64,000 bases of DNA, taken from the NCBI GenBank assembly GCA_965202585.1, contig OZ241832.1, positions 38,936,001 through 39,000,000 of the forward strand, given 5' to 3'. Position numbers and translations under genes: made by a program. The DNA is from Thalia democratica (lineage: Eukaryota). Each line of letters starts with the position of its first letter. Positions within the stretch are counted from its first letter, which is position 1. The notes beneath the pieces are model-generated. The model worked only from the letters and a program-made list of their open reading frames with translations. It had not been told where the DNA came from and did not search any database. Of the stretch, positions 39,301 to 54,300 are shown in pieces.

Positions 39301-42300
39301 CTAATATAACAACGTAAGTTTTTTAAACATAATTGAAAAGGCTTTCTTCTGTTTTGAGAATACATTAACAATACACTCATTGCACTTATATATAATATGA
39401 CTACTACAACAATAATAAACATTTGCCGATATATGCTACTTCTTAACAAACCTTTCATTTTGTAGATAATTTTGACTAGCAGCATTTACACTCGTATGTG
39501 CAAATGACAAAAATTGACTAATGGATGGTTTATATTCGGAACTTATAATTTCAATCTCCTGTTAAAAAGTAAAACTAGTTATTGTAAAATTCTAAAATAT
39601 TATATAAAGTGTAAAGCAGATTTTCTGGTGTACAATGAAAAACCTGATTGCAGTAAAATAAATTATAATAGAGAACTATTTACTTTGTTTTGTATATAAC
39701 TAACAAAAATTAGTTTGTAAAAAACTAAAACAACTTAATACTGTTATGAAAAGTTTTTCTACTAACTAGCCGAAATTTAAATGTCTACTACTTTTGTATT
39801 TAAAAATCACAGGTTAAAATTAACCAGAACTTACCTGCAAAAATGTCAGGCTGACACTTTTCAACGCTTCTTCTGGCCACTCCTGGAACCAATCAATTTG
39901 CGTGCAATTGACCAAAGCTGGGAATTTTCTACCTCGAATGCGTAAAGTAGATCCGACTGGAGAAAAGCACAAAACGACCTGAAAATAAAATCTATTTTAG
40001 TTGCTCATACTTTTTTTAGTTTTATAATTTTATATACTTTAAGTTGTTTGCGGACTCTTTCTATGAAAAACTTCCAACAGTTCTCCCTGTTTTCTTCGAG
40101 ACCGAGAGATTTCACAACTGGAGCCAGCGCGAGCATAATGTCTTCGACATCATCATCGGGTACCAAGTCAGGTACTTCCCCAGAAGCAAGAATGTCGTTT
40201 ACAACAACCAAAAACGACTCATCTCCAACCTAAAATTTGAAAAATATCAAACAAATATACTTTGATAGCAACACAAAGAAAGGCATCAAAAATATAATAA
40301 ATCTCAATCTGTTATTTCATATCAAAGAAAGTTACAATGTACTTTAATTGTTTATACTGTAATCTAAAAACACCTGTGCATCCGTGAGTAGGAACATTAT
40401 TGGTATATTTTTTAGTCCAGCCCTCAAGTAAAGTTCGCACACATCAGCTCTTAAATCCATCATTCCATAGCCCTTTTTTAGTGTTATTTGAAAAACTTCT
40501 AAACTGCTAATAAAAGCAGCTAAGCGGGAAAGACTTTGTTTACCTATAAAAATAAAAAAATGACATACCTTAATATTACTAAAAATTAATATCCTACTGA
40601 ATCGACTTACTTGTTGGGAGATGAACAAAGTAAATAATATTTATTAATTTATTTAATCTTCTGAAGCGTCTATGGATTTTTCTTTATAACTAAACAAGGT
40701 GTTACTTTAAAAATCTGTTTTTAGATATAAAGAAAAAAAACATAGACGCTAGAAAAACTAGCTAAACCAATAAATAATATAAAACTTTGTACAAATTTCA
40801 ACAATTATGTTAAACTTAAAGTGTATAAATACTTTATTACCTGAACCACCAACACCAACTAAAAGGGCGTTTCCTCGAGGAGACTCAAGAATTCTGCTTA
40901 TTCTAATCACATGTGCCATTGCATCTTCAAACAAAACCAGATTCATTTGAGCATTCCAATCGTTGTAAGAGCTCAGCGCAGTTGTAAGCAACTTACTTAA
41001 TTTTTCCCAGCCAGGTACCTAAAAATATGTTTGTTTATAAAACTAACATAATAACTTGATATTTTAAAACCTTTTATTAAAACAAAATTGGAAAAGAAAA
41101 TTGAACTAGTCTGAGTTATGGAAAATTTGTACTACTTTTTTATGCGTAGGACAAATACTTTTTCCATAAAATAAAGATGAGAACTTTTTTTTTCTTTTAG
41201 TACAATGAAAACGTTGAACCGATTTTAACTACGCAAAACTAATTTTAAAAAGTTGAAAACCACAAACTTGAGCGTATTCAGGATGTCCCATACCGTTAGC
41301 AAAGTGATAAAACATGTGAGGCGTGGCAACCAGACTTTCAGTTTCCACACCATCAAACGACTTGCCTGCAACTTCATTCCTTATTCTCATAAACGTTTCT
41401 AAGTCCTGTTAAATAGGCGGTAAACAACATTGTTTGCTTTACACCTCTATGTTATAAACTACAAAAAAAACTCTTACATCCGAATTAACAAGCTTGTCAC
41501 CGTAAACTCTAGTAACTTCATGAACCCACAAACGAGACATATCCAATGTTGTCTTGAAATTCTCAATATTACTGAACAAGAGCCCCTTAACGGTAATTTA
41601 ATTTTCACTTTAACATCTATGCTTCAGAATATCTTAGCAAGTAAAACTTTCAGCAAAATACATTTACAATTAAGGTGTATTAAAACAAATACACGAGTTA
41701 ATTTCGGTTCTAGGACTCATACGTAAAAATACTTAAGCTAACTAACCTGGAATATGTTAGTGATATCTCTTAAGTTAAATATGTAGTGGAACTTTATAGC
41801 AGTTGGTAAAAAGTGTGTGCTCATTTTTTGATGTAACGCTAAGGTTGCGTTAACAAACTGAGGTCCCATATTTCTCATAATTTTCGGAAAACCTTTCATT
41901 ATCAAATGTTGCTTGATTATACTATTGTATATAGTATTCAATGGTTCCTGTTTTAATGAATATATTTAGCTTAAACTTTTATTGAAAACCTTGTGCGGAT
42001 TTTATATAACTAAATTTTGCTTATGTTTTAAAAGCTATTAAATGTTCGAAAGAGTTTTAATTGAAAATAACTACAAAACGCTCATGCAACATTGAAAAAT
42101 ACAACATAAAGGTCTTGAACTCATATACTAACTTAGTTGTAGTTTGTTATTAAGAAAACTACTAAAATATTTAAAATAGTGTGATAATTAAAAACAAAAA
42201 AAATGGATTTTGTTTAGAAGTACAACTTTAGTAATATGTTCATTATAAAAAGCATTTGTAATTTCTATTTAAAATATAGTTATGCCAACCTTTTGTGGGA

Positions 42301-45300
42301 AATCAACAGAAAATACGCAGAAATGTCTTTGTAACCTCGTATTTATAGTAAACGCTCCAGCGGTAGGATTCATGCAAGAGATGTACTGACACTTATTGAT
42401 GTCTCTTAAAGACAATTTTTGCCGATCGTACCAATGGTTGTAATCTAAATGCTGCCTGTTTTGTTGATAGAAGTTTTTCATACTTTATACTTACAAAAAA
42501 ATATTTATGCATCTATTCAAAAACACTCCAGCATCAAATGCTTAAACGAAGTCATACTTTACTTTAAACTGAATAAATAGTAACAAACTAAAACTTAGTA
42601 TATAAAAGCTAGAAACCGAATAAGTGTGTGCGGCTCAACTGTTCCATATGTATCAACTTTAGGCATGTTCATATCATCAATGAAAAACACCATTCTATTA
42701 AAATTTAGAAATAAGTAAAACAAACTAATTATACAACTTTTTCATATATATTATATTTAAGATAAAGGTAACTAGGGCCCGAAAATACCTTTTGTTTCCA
42801 GGAGGTGCAAAATTTCTACCAGCTTTTTTTTCGAGCTGCTTTTCAAGCACGTTTTGCAACACAGCTGAGCTTGTGTAAAAATTAAACGGGACATTCTGCA
42901 CCATATATCTATCATCCAGATCCTGCAGTTTGTTCTGCACCATAGCAGTTTTTCCTGTACCTGCGTTCCCAACTAGCATGCATGGAATGCTTCTTTCCAT
43001 CAAAGTGTCAAGGAAAAATCTTATGCGCTGAGTTTCTGCTGTAGGAACCATAGAAGCCTGAAGTAGTTGTTCATTTAACAGACATTGTATAAAACTGAAT
43101 GAAAAAAGTTACAAAAAAAGTTTTAAATTTATACGATTAATAATATTTAGACGACGGTAAATTAAGTGGGTAAAAAATATAATTTACTTGCAAAGGTAAT
43201 TCGGGATCCAACTCAAAACCTCCAACGAATTGAGACCATGGAACGAATTTGTACTCATTGTGATCAATACAATAGTCAAATACAGTTCCACCTGGAGGGA
43301 ACTTTATCGTTTTAAACTCTCCAACCCACCATTTACTAAACTCTAACCTGTAGAAAACTTAAAAGTATTAAAAACTTTTGAAATTATTTCTACATACCAT
43401 TTGCTTATCCTTACCTATGATCTACCAGTTGATCTTGGAAGAGAGCACCACCAAACGCCCAAACACACGAGAAAACAAAGTAAAGTTCATAAATTTCTCT
43501 CGGACTATCATTTGGAACATTGGACTTAAGAAGAGCATTGAGCAAGTGTGTCAACATCTAAAAACAAAGTTAAGGTTTTATCAGCACGTTTTTGATAAAG
43601 AACAAGAAAAAAATTTTAAAAATATATTTATAAAATTAATTTTTAAATACTTATGTACAAACGATTTTCATACTTACATGAAGCTTTGCAATATCCTGAA
43701 TAGGTGTGATAGTCTTAAACTTTGTCTTGCATGTTTCAATGACAGTTGGAATGTACTTGTCAAACAATATGCTCAAGTTTGTCTTTTCGTTTACAGCAAC
43801 TCTTGTTTCTAGCCATGATAGAATCTAAGTATGAACAAGAAATGTTTTATTTTTCTAAATGTTTAAAATCTTAATGAAAACTTTTATTGAAGATACTAAC
43901 AACAGGATTCCAGCCAAGATCTTGAGGATTTATATACAATATGCCAGCACGGGATACAGTAGCTGGAGTAGCAGTTCTTAAATGTGATATTTCAAACAAG
44001 AGTCTCATTGAAGGTGTAAGAGGAATTCTCTCATTGCTAGCTAACGTTAAAATCTATGAATACAAAAAAGTTATTAACAAGTTTTTATACACCATATGTA
44101 TGAAAAAAACAGTTAGAGGTAATTTACCGTTTTTTAGGAAACATTTATGGACGTACAACTTAAACAACCATAAAAACAATAGCAAAATAAAAAATAATTC
44201 AACCTTATTGTCGTCCATGACAGTATTAAGTGACTCTATCCACATAGGATCAATGTCACCATCGAGAACAATCCATTTAGGACCATCATGGCTGATGTTG
44301 GCCAAGTCTCTCATTATGTTAGAAAAGAGGCCATCCTTCCACTCACGAGTAGCTGGACTGATGACACCAAACAACTCGTCGTTTGTCACCGCTTTTGGAT
44401 TGAGATCAACCCATACCGGCCGCCTTTTTTGGTTTTGATAACACTTGTTCATTGATTTTAACACCTGAGTTTAGTTTTTTTAAGACGGTAAACAAAAATA
44501 TTAGTACAGGAAAAACAGTTTCACTCTACTTTAAAAGGCAATACAAAAAAACTTTACTACCTTTGTTTTACCAGTTCCAGCAAAGCCAATGACAAACACG
44601 GAATGACGAACAAAGAGAAGTTCTTCTAATTGAATAAGTTTCAACACAAAATTATCTTCAGCTTGCAGACCCAAATCCTTTAAATTTAAACACATTTGTT
44701 TTATTTATCATTTTAAATTAATATTACCGAAAAAATGATATACTCACCAAAACAGCTTTTTTGCAGTCGCTTTCAAGCTGTAGATCACGCTTACGTGGTA
44801 CATTTACACCAGGAAACAAATCACCAATAAGCCCCATAAAGACAGAAACGTCGTCAGTAACTATTTTTGGCACGTTGAAGTCTCTTAAAGCTCGCATCAA
44901 AACCTACAATAAAACATCATAAAAATTTAATAAGAAAAACATTTTTTTAATCAAAAATAGTTAATAATTTGATGTTCATTAAAAAATAAGTAAAGCGTTT
45001 TGTAGGAGACTAGTCCGAAATGAACGAGTGACACATTGCATTAGTGTCTTTTTAGAATTAGGGATGCATAGAGTTAAATACTAGGTGTTAGTACCATCCG
45101 TGCAAATGTAACACCAATCGGTTTTGCATATGAATGATTTAAAAGTCATTTTCTTATCTTAAATTCGTCAAACTTCAAAAACTTTAACACATTATAAGGT
45201 TCAAGTAATAACTTATATCGAGACAAAATAAACAACTGTGACTAATTTTTTATCAAATCCTTAACATTCCGATGGAAAGAAAAAAACTCAAAACCACATT

Positions 45301-48300
45301 TAACCTGGTCTTCAGGTCTTTCCTTATCGCCTCTTTTAAGTTGGCCGGCAACTACCAGCACGGATTTGATGGCACGCAAACCCCAATCGTAATGATCTTG
45401 TTTACTCAGAAGACCTTTACACAGAGTGTATAATGTGAGAAACTTTCTTGCGAGTAGACGCGCCTCGGTGAAACCCTCAGCAACCAGCATAATTTCGGCG
45501 ATCAGTTCAAAATCAGGCACAACCATGGCACATGGTCGAAACAAAACCTGCCAAAAATGTAGTGGTTAGTTTACATCGGTATTAAGGTTTTTATCATTCA
45601 TTTATATTACCAATGAATACACAATTACTTTAAACTTTTTTATTTTTTTATTCATGAATACAGAAAAATACATACTCAAATCCAACAACACATTTTTTGA
45701 ATAAACTTACATTAAAGTATTCTTAGATAATGCAAACTAGTTTACGGTTTTTACAGTTATCAAGAAATGTATTTAGTTTGCGTTTGGTTAACTATAAAGC
45801 TAATTTGTCTTGATAGAGTGTACTTTATGGACATGTTCAAAATATACCTTTAAATTTTCAGGCAACTCGGTACGACCGGCATAACCGGGATTCATGGTGA
45901 TAAACACGCCGCATGTTGACACCAACGATATTTCCTCACCTTGAAATATAAACTTTGTTTTTTTGTGCTTTATCGCGTCCTGGATTGATTTCACCTGAAA
46001 TTTTTATTGTGCTATGAGTGTAAAGGTGTATGAGCTTAAAATAATTTACATACATTTAAACATAGTACGAATTATTAAAACATATATTATAAAAGAGTAT
46101 ACAAGTTGTTAAAAAATATTTTGATACCTGCACTGCAATTACAGACAAAACTTCCACAGAAATACGGTTAAACTCGTCAAAGCAGCCCCAAGCTCCGGTT
46201 TGAGACAGACCTTTGTAAATGTTACCGCAAGACTTGTAGTCCATTTGTTCCGAGCAGTTAAAAACGTAAACCATAATTGCCAAAGCCCGGCCCAGATCCT
46301 TGGTAGTTTCAGTTTTTCCAGTACCAGCAGGTCCCGCCGGAGCACCGCCCATAATGAGATGAAGCGATTGCGTGAGAGTAATGTAACATCTAAAAAAAAA
46401 AATATTTTTTTTTAAATTGTTGACTAAGAACATATTTTCTCTGAAATGTACTGGTTTGTCGACTTTCGCTAGAACTAATTTTACATTTATGCAGCAAAAT
46501 ACATGCAACAAATATGTTATTTTATAACTAGTCAGATAGTTGAAAATACTACAAAACAAAGTGTTTTAAAAAGTTCATCATATTTATTTCTGTTTAATAT
46601 TAAACCAAAACACTGGTTATTTATTTTTTTATTTAGCGAAAAAATAGTACAAATTTTACATTCTTACTGGAAAGTGCATTTTAAAAAAATATAAAAATAG
46701 TTCCAAGTTAATTTTCAAAAGATACCTGTCAGTAAGAGGAGTAATAACCAATCTAGGGCAATTTCCCAGATATTCATAAGAATATCGAAATTGCGCATCG
46801 CAAATATTAGCGAAACAATGTTTCTGCATATCATTCCAACGATGTTTCAACTGACATTGCCATACAAATTCATTCACACTTTCGACCTAAAGTATTTAAT
46901 AAATTTTAATTTTTGAAATTTAAAAGTATTGTACAAGTTAAAGAAACTTTTTTTATGCATAAACTGATTACCATTACTTTCAGTTTTAGAATCGAATTTG
47001 GAAGCATGCTTATAAGTTATAAACTCAGACGTAAAGAAATGAATATTTTAAAACTAATATAATCTTTATGTTTTTTAATTAGTATTTTAAAGGATAAATC
47101 GAAACAAAGTATTTTAGAATATTGTAAACATAAAAGTCACTAGCAGTAACACGAAAAAATACTTTTAAACTTATAAAAACACAATTAACCTTTAACGATA
47201 TTAGCTTTCCAACAACATCACGGGCGTGCACATCCATGGTACAAATGGTCATGATGCACTGACGGGCATGTTTGGTCAAGTCTCCTATCAAGTGGCCGAT
47301 GAGTGCGTTCAGCTGCTGAACTTGCTTCTTGTAATAATCCTTGATGGCTCCCTCGTACCCTTCTTCAACTCGGGCAAAAGCAATTGCCACCTGCAATTTG
47401 TGTTTTAAATTAGTGCTAATAAAAAAATAATTGATGAGTTAAGCAAAACTTAATGTGGTATAAATTGAAAAATATATATAGCTACTCTTTTTTAAAGTAC
47501 TTTTAATTAGATACAATAAATAGTTTAAATTGTGTGATTTATTTATACAACTTTTTTAGTCATAAATAATTTAAATTTTAAACACTCTTAAAGTGTTTTT
47601 ATTGTTGGTTTATGATAGAAAACAAATGAAACTTAAACTGTAAAAAACGATATAAAAAGTTCATACCTCTGTAGTCCACCAAATTTGTGTGGTCGTTAAA
47701 GCAGGCTGAGCAGGAAAGTCGAAGATCCACAAATCTCTTGGTTTTTCCTCATAAGCGACAACAGCTTCTGCTAATGAAACGCGTATTGTGGAGCGAACAC
47801 AGTCTAACACCCGGTTTAACCAAACTTCAACCTAAAAAAAAAGCTAAAAATAACACATCTATTACTTTTTCAAACCTAAACACTTAACAAAAAGTTTTTT
47901 TGAATGCTATTTACACGGTAAATCTAAAGTTTTAAAAAGTACTTGTATTTATGTATAGTTACGAAACTAACTTAAATGATGATTTTATATGCGTACTTAA
48001 GTAAAACTATTGTGTGAACAGTGCAATATAAGTATATAAACAGAAGCTTAACTCTTTTGATAAGTATTAAAGTTAGCTTAAACTCTTAATTATACAACTT
48101 AGAATCATGATACCTACAAAAAAAAAGTTGACATACAACGATGTTCTAAGCTTTAATAAATCTTGGAAAGATAAACAGCTTTAAGTAGTTCTTTAACGTT
48201 TATCCTGGCTTTTTTAATTACATGTGCGCAAACAGTAAATCTTAAAAATCTAACGAAACTTGATGCTACAACAACACACTCTAAAAAAGTACAATAAAAT

Positions 48301-51300
48301 ACAAATAAATGTTTTAAGTTTTCAAAATACATACTAAAGATAAAAAATCATCTTTGAATTAACTTACAGGCCCTTCGCAGTTGCATGGAGGAGTTAGTGG
48401 GACCTCCTCTCCGTCTCCGCTGAACATGGAGATTGCAGTCTTTGTCTGAACTCCGTCTTCTTCTTTGAACTTGAGTGATACAGTGTTATCAAACAGCTTC
48501 GACATATGCTTTGCTACCTACAACCATGTCGGTGATATTTGATGTAAATCAGACGTTTCCACAGTTTATTATAAGAAAGTAGCTAATCACTAAAAGTTAT
48601 AAGATCAAGATCAATAACACATTTTAAAAACTTAGTTAAATACGTTTGTGCTGTAACACTTTTTAGAAACTAAGCTATAAAAGTGTTTATTAAATTACTT
48701 GTACTTATACAAAAACACTGCAGCTCACTTGAGGAGGATTAGTTCCTTTTGATAGAATATCCAACAAATCACTCGAAGAAATGAAGTAGAATCGTGGGAA
48801 AACCAATCGCTTTGTTTCCAAATAATTTTGCAGTGACTTTTCGCACTTAGTCAGATCATTCTGAAAAAATTGATAATTTAGTAAAACTTGCAGTCCTTAG
48901 TCTATTTTAGTTTTTATAAACTGTGGGTTTATAATATCTAAATAAAGAACAATATCGTTTTTTTATTCAAAAGTATGTTATATTTATATTACAACTAATC
49001 AATAAAAAGAACAAAGATTAAAGAAACTACAACATTTTAGCATATATTAAAGGTCTTTTAGTATATACTTTATAATATTCGTTACATAAGTTTAACTATT
49101 AAATTAACATTAACTTCCATACAAAAAAAAATACAATCATTAAAAAAATGTATACTATAATCTACCAAAAGTCTAATAGCGCTTGTAACAATTAATCAAA
49201 CTTTTATTAAAAAACTAATAATTTTTCAAAAGATAACAATGATTATAAAATAACAGTACTTTTATGTCTTCAAGACGTTCTAACAATTTTGGTCTTGAAG
49301 TCGCCTCTATAACGTTTGGTGTAGTTTCAGCATGGGACAAAATTTCTATAATAAATAAAAACAGTAAGTATATATATATTGCTCAGTGGCTAAATTATCA
49401 ATATACACACTAAACCTTTAAACTCGGAATCTATCGAGTCAAAACGTTTTGCATCTTCTACTAATTGAGCTCTAATATCCTCAGATGCGATAAAAATGCT
49501 TTCAAGATGAGACCAAGTTCTTTGAACTTCTAGCCAAATTGAAAGAGTTTGGTCGGCACGTGACAGCTTTTCAACCCACGTTGAAACAGATTCCAGAAAT
49601 ATTCCGATGAATTTGGAAGTCATAAGCGTTTGCAGTTGTACCTGTACGAATTTCGATATTAAGAAAAATAAGTTAATCGTGTACACATTTGAAAACGTCA
49701 TTAAATTTATAGTGCAGAACTGTTGTTTGAAAAGTTAAGACTGACTTGATTTTCTTCTAGCGTTTCAAGCAACTCTTCAGAACAATGAATCATCATAACT
49801 TTTGTTCTCGGATGCTCTTGATATTGGAAAACCATTTGTGTCCACGTTGCATCCATCTCTTTCATAGTCTGTAATCATTAGTAATTATTTATTCACTTGT
49901 TAGTAATTTGAAACTCGTCAGTACTTCCTGATTTTGATATAAAAATATAAGCACTTTTTGAAACAGATAAAACATTTATAATTTTCAGTTAAAATTTGTT
50001 TGACTCTGCTTGATTTTACCAAAATTAATAAAACTATTCTGTTGTTTTGGGAAGTTTAAGTAAATATACTTTTGTTAACATTTGTAACTTTTTAAAATCC
50101 CTAAAAATTATTTTCACCTTTAGATTAAACTGACTTGATCTATTTCATAATTAATTGTTAGCATTAACATATTGTTAGAAAGAAATTTTGTTAGCAATAT
50201 TACCTAGCTAAACAGTAATTATTGAAAATTTTATCTGATCACAAGCTATAAATCAATAAGTATTCAAAAAGTCATTTAGTTTAAAATTACTTAAAACCAA
50301 TTTCATAAAAGTAATTGTAAAATGAACAAAATAACAAAACAAATCTCTAAAGTATAGCTTGAATAGTTCTTTAGAAGTAGTACAAAAAAAATTATGTAAA
50401 ACTTTATTTCTAACCTAAGGTTTAAAAAAAAGCTTAAGTAAGACACTTGAACATAAGATCAATACTAGCAAAAAGATTTCAACGAAGTCTCATAAAAATG
50501 CTATCAAACAATGAAAAGTTTTTAACTTAGAAATCTTACCAAGGTTTAAAAAAGTATTTGTTTAAAAGTTCAAACTATACTAAGCTGTCCAAAGTATTAC
50601 TACAAATGAATCTCACATTAACGCTTAACGACTAAACTTTAATAGAATTTAAGAATGCCTTCTCTTTTTTTTTGTAAAATTAACTAGTTTTGCAATAGTT
50701 ATACTGTATAATAAACAATTTATCAAAGCACGAAATAAAATTTAATTTATTTAATTTTTAAACTTTTTGACAATTAAAAAGAGATAGAATACAAACTATA
50801 CTAAAAACAATACTTTTTCAGTTGCCATTTCTTTTATAGCTTTATCTACAATCTCCTTTATTTCTTCCTCAAATTTATATAACTTTAGATCCAATAAATC
50901 TTTTAAGGTGGTGTTTTCGTTCATAGTGAAACTAGTCTGTTTAATTTTTTGTAATAAAGTCAGTTTGTTAAACAAAAACTAGTAAAGATAGTTTTATGAT
51001 GAACATCATCCTTTTTTACAGCTTAATTACTTTTTTAATAAACAGTTTTTTCTTCAAAAAAAATAAAACAAACTATTTTGACTAACCCCTGTGACTATTC
51101 TGACTTCTTCCCAATGTCTATCGCGTATGGCTGAGTTTTGGAGATCATTTACTGATCTCAAAGCTGTCATGACATCTTTAACAGAGTTATCTAAACCTAT
51201 GTACAGATCCCAATTTTTGGCTTCTTTGTCTAAAACGCGAATGTCCTAAAGTAGTATTAATAATAATTATACTTTCTGTACTGTTTAACCTAATATAATG

Positions 51301-54300
51301 TTCTTTTAACTAAAACAAACTTTCGCAAACGCCTTAAGATCCATGTCCATAAGATCTACATTAATATCGTTCCAGCTGGTTCGGTTCCAGTCACTTATGG
51401 TGGATGATACCAGATTTGATAAATCCCAAACTTCTTTTAATAAACCGATTTCTTTACGCGTTGCCTAAATTAAATTTGCTAAGTTTTGTTTAAGGCGAAA
51501 GCTGTACTTGATTTTCTAAAACATAAACAAAGCACAAACACTGATAAAGTAATTGTTATGTTGAACATAGCTACAGAAAAATACAAGGTTTGTACAAACA
51601 AATAAATTTCTGTACTAACATTGAAGAAAATTTAAATTATAAGATTAACGCTCTTTAGAAAATTAACAGTTGTTCTAAAGCAAAACTAGGAAAAACTCAA
51701 TATAATATTAATATTTTGATCTTAAACTTTTATATTTTAATGGCTAACAAAAACTCGTTACTTTTTGAATACTTATATAGACAGTATTTTCATATTACTA
51801 AATTGTCTTTTAATAACTTAATATACAAAGCTCTACTTTGGTATGAATTTTACTATAATTTATTTTCAGTGCATATCAACTTTTTTTTTTGATAAATATA
51901 GGAGAATATTAAACTATTTAATGTTAATAAAGCAAGCTAAAATTTGCTACATACAAATCAGGTTTAAAAAACTGGACAACTATGCTGTTAGAACTATTAT
52001 AAACACATCCAATAAAACTACCTTCAGCTGTCGGTACTCTGGAACTTCTACTCCGAAAATCTCTGCAGAATCTGAAGTTTCTTGCAAGTCGTTTTCGAGT
52101 TTTTCTAATTTTTTGTTGAACGCATCCAATCTTCGGTAAGGAGCCTGGCAGCCAAACTTCAGCATGCAGTCGGCATGAAATTTCTCACGAATCTGAACTT
52201 GCTTGACATCGAATGCTTGTAGCTTTTTACGGATCTTTGAAATTTCAGCCGTCTAAAAAACATTTGGTTTTATGTATTTGAAATTCAACATACATTTGTA
52301 ATAAAATAAAAGATTCTATATAAAACTAACGTAAGTATGTACTATGTAGCAAAGGTTTGTATTTATCTATTTTAAGTACACATTTTCTAAATTCTTAAAC
52401 GGAAACACGCTATTTTTGTATATGAATAAACGAGAATTATTTTCTGCTTCCTATATAAAACAAACATAAACTTTTCGAAGACGGTTCAGTTTAAAAAAAC
52501 AATGGCTTAGTTTGTAAGTCACTCCGTTATAAATTCCGTTTTGTTTTGCAGTTCTAAGTGTCTAAATATATATTAGAAAAATATATACTGTTAGTTATCA
52601 TGTTGTTTATATTTATTTGTGTATGCATATATATTTTTCTTAGCACTTATTTTTTGTGTAGTGTTAAGAAAACAGAAAATCGAAAGAAAAGATAAAACCG
52701 TCAAGTGTTTTTAATTTAATATCACTACAGTACAAGTAAACAAGCGCATGAGAAACAAACTCAGGTTGCGATACCCATTTCTACCCATTTTCAGCTAAAC
52801 ATCAACTACCATTATTTTGTATATTAAATTACACCAACCCGTATGATCATCTTAACTAAATGGCAAAGTCATAACAAAATAATCTAAAAACATAATACAA
52901 ATTTAACGTGTGATAATGTTACTAAAAATAACTTGTAAAAATTACCTCCAAAGGCGTTACATGCTGCTTGACAACGACAGCCAACTTTTTAGTATTAACC
53001 CATTTGTGCGGCAGTTCTTCCAACAAATTGTGAACTTCATCTGACATTTCGTAATCATACGTCTGTAACATTAAAACGTTTTATCCTGGCGTAAGAGACC
53101 ATTAAGTAAAAATTACTCTTTAACATCTAAAACTATATAATACTTAAACTCTGTTATTTGGAATTAAAAGTAAATTATGTTAGCTTTTATATTTGTGGGT
53201 AAAGCGTAAACAAAATAGTTAAAGGTTTATTATGTATTAGTTTATATATGATTCTTGGTCATTAAAATTTTTACTCAGATCTTAAAGCAGGTGTTTCCTT
53301 CAAAACTTTTTAGGTAAAAGAAATACTCAAATTAAACAGAACGAAGATAAAAACCTATTTACTGACAATGCTAACTGCTATATACGCTAATACATAACTA
53401 AATTAAGTAAGTGTGATTTATTTAACTCGTTAAAGTTTAAAACAAACTGTCTAAAAACCAACAAAAAACTGATTTTTAAAATAAACAGCAACAAAAAAGG
53501 AACAAACCTTTAATAGTTCAATTGTTTGCTTGAGAGGCTCAAACATTTCATCAGTGGCATTTGTTCGTTCCTGCACTCCGTTCAAGCACGCCAGTACTTT
53601 TACAAGGCCGTCGTAGTCACCTTTCTGCAAAGGTGCATTGAGCACTTCGTCTGTTTCTGCTATGAACTCGTTTAAGCCAATTAGACTGTCCGTAACATGG
53701 TTGATTAGATGCTGTTTGATTAAGCACAATTTTACATGATTGCATTCTTATAAGAGTTTTAATAGATGTTAAACTCTTTAAAGCATTCTATACTAGACCT
53801 TTTTAAGAAAGAAACTTAGTTTAGGTAAGTAAGAAGGAAATGAACATATACTAAAAAAATCTGAAAAAAAAAGTTAAAAAATCTTAGAACAACTTAATAA
53901 ATAGTAGTAATAAAGTTTTCATACTTACCTTAAGCACTTCTATTTTAAGTATTAACAGCTAATAATTTGTATACTTATTTAAGTTGCAGTTTAACAATAA
54001 ACATGTTACGATGGTTTTATAAACTAGGTAAAAAGTAAGCAAATACCTCCTGAAACATGTAACCCCAACTTTTGATCATCTTAAGAAGTGAAGAAATGAA
54101 CGGTTTACTTTGCACAAGATACCAGCCATCGAAAGTAGCTGTGGTGGCAAACTTGCTTATTGTATCGTGCAGCTCTTCATAGCTGTCAATCTGTTGTTTT
54201 TTTTTTTTGTTCGCATTTGAGTTTTAACACATTACGTTGCATTCTAACTTTGAATATAAAGTACAAACTTGCTCTCTGAAAGCCTCCAAAGTAGGTGCTT

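Noticed and set aside
52766-52850. CAGGTTGCGA left-end-like motif with ACCCATTT repeats
   Set aside because: No matching right end or TSD was found.
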